A DNA stretch of 64,000 nucleotides from Auanema rhodensis (lineage: Eukaryota > Animalia > Nematoda). The DNA lies in contig OZ059895.1 of assembly GCA_964057225.1 (NCBI GenBank), positions 4,216,001-4,280,000 on the forward strand. The letters are read 5' to 3'. Shown piece after piece: positions 38,701 to 54,500 of this stretch; positions within the stretch are counted from its first letter, which is position 1; every line of letters begins with the position of its first letter. The position numbers were made by a program, and so were the translations under genes. The notes under the pieces are model-generated. The model did no database searches. It was not told the origin of the DNA and saw nothing but the letters and a program-made list of their open reading frames with translations.

Positions 38701-41700
38701 GGTGCATTTTCAAGCTAGCGCAAATCTGATAACACAGATCGACGCAGCTTAAAAATCCGCATCGAATGCACTATACTTCATTGAGAAACGCTCAATACAA
38801 AAATTAGTTATGATCGTTTGAAAAATGATGCATTAGTGTATGTTGAGTTTCCATGTACACTCAACATTGCTTCCAAAAACATTTTGACAAAAATTTTTTC
38901 GAAAAATTTCAAAATAATTTAGCAGAAAGTAGATGTTTTTAGATTCCTTTTTTTAAGGCAAAGATGATGGACAATGTTATTCAACGAAAAAATTAATTCT
39001 TCAGGGTGAAAATCGAGGATATAAGTGTGAACTTATATCAGTTGATATCTCGGTGAATTTTTAAGCTAGCGCAAATCTGATAACACAGATCGACGCAGCT
39101 TAAAAATCCGCATCGAATACACTATACTACATTGAGAAACGCTTAATACAAAGATTAGTTATGATCGTTTGAAAAATGATGCATTAGTGTATGTTGAGTT
39201 TCCATGTACACTCAACATTGCTTCCAAAAACATTTTGACAAAAATTTTTTAGAAAAATTTCAAAATAATTTAGCAAAAAGTAGATGTTTTTAGATTCTTT
39301 TTTTCAAGGCAAAGACGATGGACAATGTTATTCAACGAAAAAATTAATTCTTCAGGGTGAAAATCGAGGATATAAGTGTGAACTTATATCAGTTGATATC
39401 TCGGTGCATTTTCAAGCTAGCGCAAATCTGATAACACAGATCGACGCAGCTTAAAAATCCGCATCGAATGCACTATACTTCATTGAGAAACGCTCAATAC
39501 AAAAATTAGTTATGATCGTTTGAAAAATGATGCATTAGTGTATGTTGAGTTTCCATGTACACTCAACATTGCTTCCAAAAACATTTTGACAAAAATTTTT
39601 TCGAAAAATTTCAAAATAATTTAGCAAAAAGTAGATGTTTTTAGATTCTTTTTTTCAAGGCAAAGACGATGGACAATGTTATTCAACGAAAAAATTAATT
39701 CTTCAGGGTGAAAATCGAGGATATAAGTGTGAACTTATATCAGTTGATATCTCGGTGCATTTTCAAGCTAGCGCAAATCTGATAACACAGATCGACGCAG
39801 CTTAAAAATCCGCATCGAATGCACTATACTTCATTGAGAAACGCTCAATACAAAAATTAGTTATGATCGTTTGAAAAATGATGCATTAGTGTATGTTGAG
39901 TTTCCATGTACACTCAACATTGCTTCCAAAAACATTTTGACAAAAATTTTTTCGAAAAATTTCAAAATAATTTAGCAGAAAGTAGATGTTTTTAGATTCC
40001 TTTTTTTAAGGCAAAGATGATGGACAATGTTATTCAACGAAAAAATTAATTCTTCAGGGTGAAAATCGAGGATATAAGTGTGAACTTATATCAGTTGATA
40101 TCTCGGTGAATTTTTAAGCTAGCGCAAATCTGATAACACAGATCGACGCAGCTTAAAAATCCGCATCGAATACACTATACTACATTGAGAAACGCTTAAT
40201 ACAAAGATTAGTTATGATCGTTTGAAAAATGATGCATTAGTGTATGTTGAGTTTCCATGTACACTCAACATTGCTTCCAAAAACATTTTGACAAAAATTT
40301 TTTAGAAAAATTTCAAAATAATTTAGCAAAAAGTAGATGTTTTTAGATTCTTTTTTTCAAGGCAAAGACGATGGACAATGTTATTCAACGAAAAAATTAA
40401 TTCTTCAGGGTGAAAATCGAGGATATAAGTGTGAACTTATATCAGTTGATATCTCGGTGCATTTTCAAGCTAGCGCAAATCTGATAACACAGATCGACGC
40501 AGCTTAAAAATCCGCATCGAATGCACTATACTTCATTGAGAAACGCTCAATACAAAAATTAGTTATGATCGTTTGAAAAATGATGCATTAGTGTATGTTG
40601 AGTTTCCATGTACACTCAACATTGCTTCCAAAAACATTTTGACAAAAATTTTTTCGAAAAATTTCAAAATAATTTAGCAGAAAGTAGATGTTTTTAGATT
40701 CCTTTTTTTAAGGCAAAGATGATGGACAATGTTATTCAACGAAAAAATTAATTCTTCAGGGTGAAAATCGAGGATATAAGTGTGAACTTATATCAGTTGA
40801 TATCTCGGTGCATTTTCAAGCTAGCGCAAATCTGATAACACAGATCGACGCAGCTTAAAAATCCGCATCGAATGCACTATACTACATTGAGGAAAGCTTA
40901 ATACAAAAATTAGTTATGATCGTTTGAAAAATGATGCATTAGTGTATGTTGAGTTTCCACGTACACTCAACATTGCTTCCAAAAACATTTTGACAAAAAT
41001 TTTTTCGAAAAATTTCAAAATAATTTAGCTAAAAGTAGATGTTTTTAGATTCCTTTTTTTAAGGCAAAGATGATGGACAATGTTATTCAACGAAAAAATT
41101 ATTTCTTCAGGGTGAAAATCGAGGATATAAGTGTGAACTTATATCAGTTGATATCTCGGTGAATTTTTAAGCTAGCGCAAATCTGATAACACAGATCGAC
41201 GCAGCTTAAAAATCCGCATCGAATACACTATACTACATTGAGAAACGCTTAATACAAAGATTAGTTATGATCGTTTGAAAAATGATGCATTAGTGTATGT
41301 TGAGTTTCCATGTACACTCAACATTGCTTCCAAAAACATTTTGACAAAAATTTTTTAGAAAAATTTCAAAATAATTTAGCAAAAAGTAGATGTTTTTAGA
41401 TTCTTTTTTCCAAGGCAAAGACGATGGACAATGTTATTCAACGAAAAAATTAATTCTTCAGGGTGAAAATCGAGGATATAAGTGTGAACTTATATCAGTT
41501 GATATCTCGGTGCATTTTCAAGCTAGCGCAAATCTGATAACACAGATCAACGCAGCTTAAAAATCCGCATCGAATGCACTATACTTCATTGAGAAACGCT
41601 CAATACAAAAATTAGTTATGATCGTTTGAAAAATGATGCATTAGTGTATGTTGAGTTTCCATGTACACTCAACATTGCTTCCAAAAACATTTTGACAAAA

Positions 41701-44700
41701 ATTTTTTCGAAAAATTTCAAAATAATTTAGCAGAAAGTAGATGTTTTTAGATTCCTTTTTTTAAGGCAAAGATGATGGACAATGTTATTCAACGAAAAAA
41801 TTAATTCTTCAGGGTGAAAATCGAGGATATAAGTGTGAACTTATATCAGTTGATATCTCGGTGAATTTTTAAGCTAGCGCAAATCTGATAACACAGATCG
41901 ACGCAGCTTAAAAATCCGCATCGAATACACTATACTACATTGAGAAACGCTTAATACAAAGATTAGTTATGATCGTTTGAAAAATGATGCATTAGTGTAT
42001 GTTGAGTTTCCATGTACACTCAACATTGCTTCCAAAAACATTTTGACAAAAATTTTTTAGAAAAATTTCAAAATAATTTAGCAAAAAGTAGATGTTTTTA
42101 GATTCTTTTTTTCAAGGCAAAGACGATGGACAATGTTATTCAACGAAAAAATTAATTCTTCAGGGTGAAAATCGAGGATATAAGTGTGAACTTATATCAG
42201 TTGATATCTCGGTGCATTTTCAAGCTAGCGCAAATCTGATAACACAGATCGACGCAGCTTAAAAATCCGCATCGAATGCACTATACTACATTGAGAAACG
42301 CTTAATACAAAAATTAGTTATGATCGTTTGAAAAATGATGCATTAGTGTATGTTGAGTTTCCATGTACACTCAACATTGCTTCCAAAAACATTTTGACAA
42401 AAATTTTTTCGAAAAATTTCAAAATAATTTAGCAAAAAGTAGATGTTTTTAGATTCCTTTTTTCAAGGCAAAGACGATGGACAATGTTATTCAACGAAAA
42501 AATTAATTCTTCAGGGTGAAAATCGAGGATATAAGTGTGAACTTATATCAGTTGATATCTCGGTGCATTTTTAAGCTAGCGCAAATCTGATAACACAGAT
42601 CGACGCAGCTTAAAAATCCGCATCGAATGCACTATACTACATTGAGAAACGCTTAATACAAAAATTAGTTATGATCGTTTGAAAAATGATGCATTAGTGT
42701 ATGTTGAGTTTCCATGTACACTCAACATTGCTTCCAAAAACATTTTGACAAAAATTTTTTCGAAAAATTTCAAAATAATTTAGCAAAAAGTAGATGTTTT
42801 TAGATTCCTTTTTTCAAGGCAAAGACGATGGACAATGTTATTCAACGAAAAAATTAATTCTTCAGGGTGAAAATCGAGGATATAAGTGTGAACTTATATC
42901 AGTTGATATCTCGGTGCATTTTTAAGCTAGCGCAAATCTGATAACACAGATCGACGCAGCTTAAAAATCCGCATCGAGTGCACTATACTACATTGAGAAA
43001 CGCTTAATACAAAAATTAGTTATGATCGTTTGAAAAATGATGCATTAGTGTATGTTGAGTTTCCATGTACACTCAACATTGCTTCCAAAAACATTTTGAC
43101 AAAAATTTTTTCGAAAAATTTCAATATAATTTAGCAAAAAGTAGATGTTTTTAGATTCCTTTTTTTAAGGCAAAGATGATGGACAATGTTATTCAACGAA
43201 AAAATTAATTCTTCAGGGTGAAAATCGAGGATATAAGTGTGAACTTATATCAGTTGATATCTCGGTGCATTTTCAAGCTAGCGCAAATCTGATAACACAG
43301 ATCGACGCAGCTTAAAAATCCGCATCGAATGCACTATACTTCATTGAGAAACGCTCAATACAAAAATTAGTTATGATCGTTTGAAAAATGATGCATTAGT
43401 GTATGTTGAGTTTCCATGTACACTCAACATTGCTTCCAAAAACATTTTGACAAAAATTTTTTCGAAAAATTTCAAAATAATTTAGCAGAAAGTAGATGTT
43501 TTTAGATTCCTTTTTTTAAGGCAAAGATGATGGACAATGTTATTCAACGAAAAAATTGATTCTTCAGGGTGAAAATCGAGGATATAAGTGTGAACTTATA
43601 TCAGTTGATATCTCGGTGCATTTTTAAGCTAGCGCAAATCTGATAACACAGATCGACGCAGCTTAAAAATCCGCATCGAATGCACTATACTACATTGAGA
43701 AACGCTTAATACAAAAATTAGTTATGATCGTTTGAAAAATGATGCATTAGTGTATGTTGAGTTTCCATGTACACTCAACATTGCTTCCAAAAACATTTTG
43801 ACAAAAATTTTTTCGTAAAATTTCAAAATAATTTAGCAAAAAGTAGATGTTTTTAGATTCCTTTTTTTAAGGCAAAGATGATGGACAATGTTATTCAACG
43901 AAAAAATTATTTCTTCAGGGTGAAAATCGAGGATATAAGTGTGAACTTATATCAGTTGATATCTCGGTGAATTTTTAAGCTAGCGCAAATCTGATAACAC
44001 AGATCGACGCAGCTTAAAAATCCGCATCGAATACACTATACTACATTGAGAAACGCTTAATACAAAGATTAGTTATGATCGTTTGAAAAATGATGCATTA
44101 GTGTATGTTGAGTTTCCATGTACACTCAACATTGCTTCCAAAAACATTTTGACAAAAATTTTTTAGAAAAATTTCAAAATAATTTAGCAAAAAGTAGATG
44201 TTTTTAGATTCTTTTTTTCAAGGCAAAGACGATGGACAATGTTATTCAACGAAAAATTTAATTCTTCAGGGTGAAAATCGAGGATATAAGTGTGAACTTA
44301 TATCAGTTGATATCTCGGTGCATTTTCAAGCTAGCGCAAATCTGATAACACAGATCGACGCAGCTTAAAAATCCGCATCGAATGCACTATACTTCATTGA
44401 GAAACGCTTAATACAAAGATTAGTTATGATCGTTTGAAAAATGATGCATTAGTGTATGTTGAGTTTCCATGTACACTCAACATTGCTTCCAAAAACATTT
44501 TGACAAAAATTTTTTAGAAAAATTTCAAAATAATTTAGCAAAAAGTAGATGTTTTTAGATTCTTTTTTTCAAGGCAAAGACGATGGACAATGTTATTCAA
44601 CGAAAAAATTAATTCTTCAGGGTGAAAATCGAGGATATAAGTGTGAACTTATATCAGTTGATATCTCGGTGCATTTTCAAGCTTGCGCAAATCTGATAAC

Positions 44701-47700
44701 ACAGATCGACGCAGCTTAAAAATCCGCATCGAATGCACTATACTTCATTGAGAAACGCTCAATACAAAAATTAGTTATGATCGTTTGAAAAATGATGCAT
44801 TAGTGTATGTTGAGTTTCCATGTACACTCAACATTGCTTCCAAAAACATTTTGACAAAAATTTTTTCGAAAAATTTCAAAATAATTTAGCAGAAAGTAGA
44901 TGTTTTTAGATTCCTTTTTTTAAGGCAAAGATGATGGACAATGTTATTCAACGAAAAAATTAATTCTTCAGGGTGAAAATCGAGGATATAAGTGTGAACT
45001 TATATCAGTTGATATCTCGGTGCATTTTTAAGCTAGCGCAAATCTGATAACACAGATCGACGCAGCTTAAAAATCCGCATCGAATGCACTATACTACATT
45101 GAGAAACGCTTAATACAAAAATTAGTTATGATCGTTTGAAAAATGATGCATTAGTGTATGTTGAGTTTCCATGTACACTCAACATTGCTTCCAAAAACAT
45201 TTTGACAAAAATTTTTTCGAAAAATTTCAAAATAATTTAGCAAAAAGTAGATGTTTTTAGATTCCTTTTTTTAAAGCAAAGATGATGGACAATGTTATTC
45301 AACGAAAAAATTATTTCTTCAGGGTGAAAATCGAGGATATAAGTGTGAACTTATATCAGTTGATATCTCGGTGAATTTTTAAGCTAGCGCAAATCTGATA
45401 ACACAGATCGACGCAGCTTAAAAATCCGCATCGAATACACTATACTACATTGAGAAACGCTTAATACAAAGATTAGTTATGATCGTTTGAAAAATGATGC
45501 ATTAGTGTATGTTGAGTTTCCATGTACACTCAACATTGCTTCCAAAAACATTTTGACAAAAATTTTTTCGAAAAATTTCAAAATAATTTAGCAGAAAGTA
45601 GATGTTTTTAGATTCCTTTTTTTAAGGCAAAGATGATGGACAATGTTATTCAACGAAAAAATTAATTCTTCAGGGTGAAAATCGAGGATATAAGTGTGAA
45701 CTTATATCAGTTGATATCTCGGTGCATTTTTAAGCTAGCGCAAATCTGATAACACAGATCGACGCAGCTTAAAAATCCGCATCGAATGCACTATACTACA
45801 TTGAGAAACGCTTAATACAAAAATTAGTTATGATCGTTTGAAAAATGATGCATTAGTGTATGTTGAGTTTCCATGTACACTCAACATTGCTTCCAAAAAC
45901 ATTTTGACAAAAATTTTTTCGAAAAATTTCAAAATAATTTAGCAAAAAGTAGATGTTTTTAGATTCCTTTTTTTAAAGCAAAGATGATGGACAATGTTAT
46001 TCAACGAAAAAATTATTTCTTCAGGGTGAAAATCGAGGATATAAGTGTGAACTTATATCAGTTGATATCTCGGTGAATTTTTAAGCTAGCGCAAATCTGA
46101 TAACACAGATCGACGCAGCTTAAAAATCCGCATCGAATACACTATACTACATTGAGAAACGCTTAATACAAAGATTAGTTATGATCGTTTGAAAAATGAT
46201 GCATTAGTGTATGTTGAGTTTCCATGTACACTCAACATTGCTTCCAAAAACATTTTGACAAAAATTTTTTAGAAAAATTTCAAAATAATTTAGCAAAAAG
46301 TAGATGTTTTTAGATTCTTTTTTTCAAGGCAAAGACGATGGACAATGTTATTCAACGAAAAAATTAATTCTTCAGGGTGAAAATCGAGGATATAAGTATG
46401 AACTTATATCAGTTGATATCTCGGTGAATTTTTAAGCTAGCGCAAATCTGATAACACAGATCGACGCAGCTTAAAAATCCGCATCGAATGCACTATACTA
46501 CATTGAGAAACGCTTAATACAAAAATTAGTTATGATCGTTTGAAAAATGATGCATTAGTGTATGTTGAGTTTCCATGTACACTCAACATTGCTTCCAAAA
46601 ACATTTTGACAAAAATTTTTTCGAAAAATTTCAAAATAATTTAGCAAAAAGTAGATGTTTTTAGATTCCTTTTTTTAAGGCAAAAATGATGGACAATGTT
46701 ATTAAACGAAAAAATTAATTCTTCAGGGTGAAAATCGAGGATATAAGTGTGAACTTATATCAGTTGATATCTCGGTGCATTTTTAAGCTAGCGCAAATCT
46801 GATAACACAGATCGACGCAGCTTAAAAATCCGCATCGAATGCACTATACTACATTGAGAAACGCTTAATACAAAAATTAGTTATGATCGTTTGAAAAATG
46901 ATGCATTAGTGTATGTTGAGTTTCCATGTACACTCAACATTGCTTCCAAAAACATTTTGACAAAAATTTTTTCGCAAAATTTCAAAATAATTTAGCGAAA
47001 AGTAGATGTTTTTAGATTCCTTTTTTTAAGGCAAAGATGATGGACAATGTTATTCAACGAAAAAATTAATTCTTCAGGGTGAAAATCGAGGATATAAGTG
47101 TGAACTTATATCAGTTGATATCTCGGTGCATTTTTAAGTTAGCGCAAATCTGATAACACAGATCGACGCAGCTTAAAAATCCGCATCGAATGCACTATAC
47201 TACATTGAGAAACGCTTAATACAAAGATTAGTTATGATCGTTTGAAAAATGATGCATTAGTGTATGTTGAGTTTCCATGTACACTCAACATTGCTTCCAA
47301 AAACATTTTGACAAAAATTTTTTCGAAAAATTTCAAAATAATTTAGCAAAAAGTAGATGTTTTTAGATTCTTTTTTTCAAGGCAAAGACGATGGACAATG
47401 TTATTCAACGAAAAAATTATTTCTTCAGGGTGAAAATCGAGGATATAAGTGTGAACTTATATCAGTTGATATCTCGGTGAATTTTTAAGCTAGCGCAAAT
47501 CTGATAACACAGATCGACGCAGCTTAAAAATCCGCATCGAATACACTATACTACATTGAGAAACGCTTAATACAAAGATTAGTTATGATCGTTTGAAAAA
47601 TGATGCATTAGTGTATGTTGAGTTTCCATGTACACTCAACATTGCTTCCAAAAACATTTTGACAAAAATTTTTTCGAAAAATTTCAAAATAATTTAGCAA

Positions 47701-48579
47701 AAAGTAGATGTTTTTAGATTCCTTTTTTTAAGGCAAAGATGATGGACAATGTTATTCAACGAAAAAATTATTTCTTCAGGGTGAAAATCGAGGATATAAG
47801 TGTGAACTTATATCAGTTGATATCTCGGTGAATTTTTAAGCTAGCGCAAATCTGATAACACAGATCGACGCAGCTTAAAAATCCGCATCGAATACACTAT
47901 ACTACATTGAGAAACGCTTAATACAAAGATTAGTTATGATCGTTTGAAAAATGATGCATTAGTGTATGTTGAGTTTCCATGTACACTCAACATTGCTTCC
48001 AAAAACATTTTGACAAAAATTTTTTAGAAAAATTTCAAAATAATTTAGCAAAAAGTAGATGTTTTTAGATTCTTTTTTTCAAGGCAAAGACGATGGACAA
48101 TGTTATTCAACGAAAAAATTAATTCTTCAGGGTGAAAATCGAGGATATAAGTGTGAACTTATATCAGTTGATATCTCAGTGCATTTTCAAGCTAGCGCAA
48201 ATCTGATAACACAGATCGACGCAGCTTAAAAATCCGCATCGAATGCACTATACTTCATTGAGAAACGCTCAATACAAAAATTAGTTATGATCGTTTGAAA
48301 AATGATGCATTAGTGTATGTTGAGTTTCCATGTACACTCAACATTGCTTCCAAAAACATTTTGACAAAAATTTTTTCGAAAAATTTCAAAATAATTTAGC
48401 AGAAAGTAGATGTTTTTAGATTCCTTTTTTTAAGGCAAAGATGATGGACAATGTTATTCAACGAAAAAATTAATTCTTCAGGGTGAAAATCGAGGATATA
48501 AGTGTGAACTTATATCAGTTGATATCTCGGTGAATTTTTAAGCTAGCGCAAATCTGATAACACAGATCGACGCAGCTTA
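29276..48579. repeat. Variant domain C (monomers 85-139): largely an alternating two-monomer (702-bp) pattern and its derivatives
   Basis: Seen: type X (GAATACAC, CAAAGATT, TTTTAGAAA, GATTCTTTT) alternates with type Y (TACTTCATT, CGCTCAAT, AGCAGAAAG, GGTGAATTT). The right boundary is gradual (approx. 46.5-51 kb). Confidence 0.8.
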
Positions 48580-51500
48580 AAAATCCGCATCGAATACACT
48601 ATACTACATTGAGAAACGCTTAATACAAAGATTAGTTATGATCGTTTGAAAAATGATGCATTAGTGTATGTTGAGTTTCCATGTACACTCAACATTGCTT
48701 CCAAAAACATTTTGACAAAAATTTTTTCGAAAAATTTCAAAATAATTTAGCAAAAAGTAGATGTTTTTAGATTCCTTTTTTTAAGGCAAAAATGATGGAC
48801 AATGTTATTAAACGAAAAAATTAATTCTTCAGGGTGAAAATCGAGGATATAAGTGTGAACTTATATCAGTTGATATCTCGGTGCATTTTTAAGCTAGCGC
48901 AAATCTGATAACACAGATCGACGCAGCTTAAAAATCCGCATCGAATGCACTATACTACATTGAGAAACGCTTAATACAAAAATTAGTTATGATCGTTTGA
49001 AAAATGATGCATTAGTGTATGTTGAGTTTCCATGTACACTCAACATTGCTTCCAAAAACATTTTGACAAAAATTTTTTCGAAAAATTTCAAAATAATTTA
49101 GCAAAAAGTAGATGTTTTTCGATTCCTTTTTTTAAGGCAAAGACGATGGACAATGTTATTCAACGAAAAAATCAATTCTTCAGGGTGAAAATCGAGGATA
49201 TAAGTGTGAACTTATATCAGTTGATATCTCGGTGCATTTTTAAGCTAGCGCAAATCTGATCACACAGATCGACGCAGCTTAAAAATCCGCATCGAATGCA
49301 CTATACTACATTGAGAAACGCTTAATACAAAAATTAGTTATGATCGTTTGAAAAATGATGCATTAGTGTATGTTGAGTTTCCATGTACACTCAACATTGC
49401 TTCCAAAAACATTTTGACAAAAATTTTTTCGCAAAATTTCAAAATAATTTAGCAAAAAGTAGATGTTTTTAGATTCCTTTTTTTAAGGCAAAGATGATGG
49501 ACAATGTTATTCAACGAAAAAATTAATTCTTCAGGGTGAAAATCGAGGATATAAGTGTGAACTTATATCAGTTGATATCTCGGTGCATTTTTAAGTTAGC
49601 GCAAATCTGATAACACAGATCGACGCAGCTTAAAAATCCGCATCGAATGCACTATACTTCATTGAGAAACGCTTAATACAAAAATTAGTTATGATCGTTT
49701 GAAAAATGATGCATTAGTGTATGTTGAGTTTCCATGTACACTCAACATTGCTTCCAAAAACATTTTGACAAAAATTTTTTCGAAAAATTTCAAAATAATT
49801 CAGCAAAAAGTAGATGTTTTTAGATTCCTTTTTTTAAGGCAAAAATGATGGACAATGTTATTAAACGAAAAAATTAATTCTTCAGGGTGAAAATCGAGGA
49901 TATAAGTGTGAACTTATATCAGTTGATATCTCGGTGCATTTTTAAGCTAGCGCAAATCTGATAACACAGATCGACGCAGCTTAAAAATCCGCATCGAATG
50001 CACTATACTACATTGAGAAACGCTTAATACAAAAATTAGTTATGATCGTTTGAAAAATGATGCATTAGTGTATGTTGAGTTTCCATGTACACTCAACATT
50101 GCTTCCAAAAACATTTTGACAAAAATTTTTTCGAAAAATTTCAAAATAATTTAGCAAAAAGTAGATGTTTTTCGATTCCTTTTTTTAAGGCAAAGACGAT
50201 GGACAATGTTATTCAACGAAAAAATCAATTCTTCAGGGTGAAAATCGAGGATATAAGTGTGAACTTATATCAGTTGATATCTCGGTGCATTTTTAAGCTA
50301 GCGCAAATCTGATAACACAGATCGACGCAGCTTAAAAATCCGCATCGAATGCACTATACTACACTGAGAAACGCTTAATACAAAAATTAGTTATGATCGT
50401 TTGAAAAATGATGCATTAGTGTATGTTGAGTTTCCATGTACACTCAACATTGCTTCCAAAAACATTTTAACAAAAATGTTTTCGAAAAATTTCAAAATAA
50501 TTTAGCAAAAAGTAGATGTTTTTAGATTTTTTTTTTCAAGGCAAAGACGATGGACAATGTTATTCAACGAAAAAATTAATTCTTCAGGGTGAAAATCGAG
50601 GATATAAGTGTGAACTTATATCAGTTGATATCTCGGTGCATTTTCAAGCTAGCGCAAATCTGATAACACAGATCGACGCAGCTTAAAAATCCGCATCGAA
50701 TGCACTATACTTCATTGAGAAACGCTCAATACAAAAATTAGTTATGATCGTTTGAAAAATGATGCATTAGTGTATGTTGAGTTTCCATGTACACTCAACA
50801 TTGCTTCCAAAAACATTTTGACAAAAATTTTTTCGAAAAATTTCAAAATAATTTAGCAGAAAGTAGATGTTTTTAGATTCCTTTTTTTAAGGCAAAGATG
50901 ATGGACAATGTTATTCAACGAAAAAATTAATTCTTCAGGGTGAAAATCGAGGATATAAGTATGAACTTATATCAGTTGATATCTCGGTGAATTTTTAAGC
51001 TAGCGCAAATCTGATAACACAGATCGACGCAGCTTAAAAATCCGCATCGAATACACTATACTACACTGAGAAACGCTTAATACAAAAATTAGTTATGATC
51101 GTTTGAAAAATGATGCATTAGTGTATGTTGAGTTTCCATGTACACTCAACATTGCTTCCAAAAACATTTTGACAAAAATTTTTTCGAAAAATTTCAAAAT
51201 AATTTAGCAAAAAGTAGATGTTTTTAGATTCCTTCTTTTAAGGCAAAAATGATGGACAATGTTATTAAACGAAAAAATTAATTCTTCAGGGTGAAAATCG
51301 AGGATATAAGTGTGAACTTATATCAGTTGATATCTCGGTGCATTTTTAAGCTAGCGCAAATCTGATAACACAGATCGACGCAGCTTAAAAATCCGCATCG
51401 AATGCACTATACTACATTGAGAAACGCTTAATACAAAAATTAGTTATGATCGTTTGAAAAATGATGCATTAGTGTATGTTGAGTTTCCATGTACACTCAA

Positions 51501-54500
51501 CATTGCTTCCAAAAACATTTTGACAAAAATTTTTTCGAAAAATTTCAAAATAATTCAGCAAAAAGTAGATGTTTTTAGATTCCTTTATTCAAGGCAAAGA
51601 TGATGGACAATGTTATTCAACGAAAAAACTTCAGGGTGAAAATCGAGGATATAAGTGTGAACATATATCAGTTGATATCTCGGTGCATGTTCAAGCTAGC
51701 GCAAATCTGATAACACAGATCGACGCAGCTTAAAAATCCGCATCGAATGCACTATACTACATTGAGAAACGCTTAATACAAAAATTAGTTATGATCGTTT
51801 GAAAAATGATGCATTAGTGTATGTTGAGTTTCCATGTACACTCAACATTGCTTCCAAAAACATTTTGACAAAAATTTTTTCGAAAAATTTCAAAATAATT
51901 CAGCAAAAAGTAGATGTTTTTAGATTCCTTTTTTTAAGGCAAAAATGATGGACAATGTTATTAAACGAAAAAATTAATTCTTCAGGGTGAAAATCGAGGA
52001 TATAAGTGTGAACTTATATCAGTTGATATCTCGGTGCATTTTTAAGCTAGCGCAAATCTGATAACACAGATCGACGCAGCTTAAAAATCCGCATCGAATG
52101 CACTATACTACATTGAGAAACGCTTAATACAAAAATTAGTTATGATCGTTTGAAAAATGATGCATTAGTGTATGTTGAGTTTCCATGTACACTCAACATT
52201 GCTTCCAAAAACATTTTAACAAAAATGTTTTCGAAAAATTTCAAAATAATTTAGCAAAAAGTAGATGTTTTTAGATTCCTTTTTTTAAGGCAAAAATGAT
52301 GGACAATGTTATTCAACGAAAAAATTAATTCTTCAGGGTGAAAATCGAGGATATAAGTGTGAACTTATATCAGTTGATATCTCGGTGCATTTTTAAGCTA
52401 GCGCAAATCTGATAACACAGATCGACGCAGCTTAAAAATCCGCATCGAATGCACTATACTACATTGAGAAACGCTTAATACAAAAATTAGTTATGATCGT
52501 TTGAAAAATGATGCATTAGTGTATGTTGAGTTTCCATGTACACTCAACATTGCTTCCAAAAACATTTTGACAAAAATTTTTTCGAAAAATTTCAAAATAA
52601 TTTAGCAAAAAGTAGATGTTTTTAGATTCCTTTATTCAAGGCAAAGATGATGGACAATGTTATTCAACGAAAAAACTTCAGGGTGAAAATCGAGGATATA
52701 AGTGTGAACTTATATCAGTTGATATCTCGTTGCATTTTCAAGCTAGCGCAAATCTGATAACACAGATCGACGCAGCTTAAAAATCCGCATCGAATGCACT
52801 ATACTACATTGAGAAACGCTTAATACAAAAATTAGTTATGATCGTTTGAAAAATGATGCATTAGTGTATGTTGAGTTTCCATGTACACTCAACATTGCTT
52901 CCAAAAACATTTTGACAAAAATTTTTTCGAAAAATTTCAAAATAATTTAGCAAAAAGTAGATGTTTTTAGATTCCTTTTTTTAAGGCAAAGATGATGGAC
53001 AATGTTATTCAACAAAAAAATTAATTCTTCAGGGTGAAAATCGAGGATATAAGTGTGAACTTATATCAGTAGATATCTCGGTGCATTTTTAAGCCAGCGC
53101 AAATCTGATAACACAGATCGACGCAGCTTAAAAATCCGCATCGAATGCACTATACTACATTGAGAAACGCTTAATACAAAAATTAGTTATGATCGTTTGA
53201 AAAATGATGCATTAGTGTATGTTGAGTTTCCATGTACACTCAACATTGCTTCCAAAAACATTTTGACAAAAATTTTTTCGAAAAATTTCAAAATAATTTA
53301 GCAAAAAGTAGATGTTTTTAGATTCCTTTATTCAAGGCAAAGATGATGGACAATGTTATTCAACGAAAAAACTTCAGGGTGAAAATCGAGGATATAAGTG
53401 TGAACATATATCAGTTGATATCTCGGTGCATGTTCAAGCTAGCGCAAATCTGATAACACAGATCGACGCAGCTTAAAAATCCGCATCGAATGCACTATAC
53501 TACATTGAGAAACGCTTAATACAAAAATTAGTTATGATCGTTTGAAAAATGATGCATTAGTGTATGTTGAGTTTCCATGTACACTCAACATTGCTTCCAA
53601 AAACATTTTGACAAAAATTTTTTCGAAAAATTTCAAAATAATTCAGCAAAAAGTAGATGTTTTTAGATTCCTTTTTTTAAGGCAAAAATGATGGACAATG
53701 TTATTAAACGAAAAAATTAATTCTTCAGGGTGAAAATCGAGGATATAAGTGTGAACTTATATCAGTTGATATCTCGGTGCATTTTTAAGCTAGCGCAAAT
53801 CTGATAACACAGATCGACGCAGCTTAAAAATCCGCATCGAATGCACTATACTACATTGAGAAACGCTTAATACAAAAATTAGTTATGATCGTTTGAAAAA
53901 TGATGCATTAGTGTATGTTGAGTTTCCATGTACACTCAACATTGCTTCCAAAAACATTTTAACAAAAATGTTTTCGAAAAATTTCAAAATAATTTAGCAA
54001 AAAGTAGATGTTTTTAGATTCCTTTTTTTAAGGCAAAAATGATGGACAATGTTATTCAACGAAAAAATTAATTCTTCAGGGTGAAAATCGAGGATATAAG
54101 TGTGAACTTATATCAGTTGATATCTCGGTGCATTTTTAAGCTAGCGCAAATCTGATAACACAGATCGACGCAGCTTAAAAATCCGCATCGAATGCACTAT
54201 ACTACACTGAGAAACGCTTAATACAAAAATTAGTTATGATCGTTTGAAAAATGATGCATTAGTGTATGTTGAGTTTCCATGTACACTCAACATTGCTTCC
54301 AAAAACATTTTGACAAAAATTTTTTCGAAAAATTTCAAAATAATTTAGCAAAAAGTAGATGTTTTTCGATTCCTTTTTTTAAGGCAAAGACGATGGACAA
54401 TGTTATTCAACGAAAAAATCAATTCTTCAGGGTGAAAATCGAGGATATAAGTGTGAACTTATATCAGTTGATATCTCGGTGCATTTTTAAGCTAGCGCAA

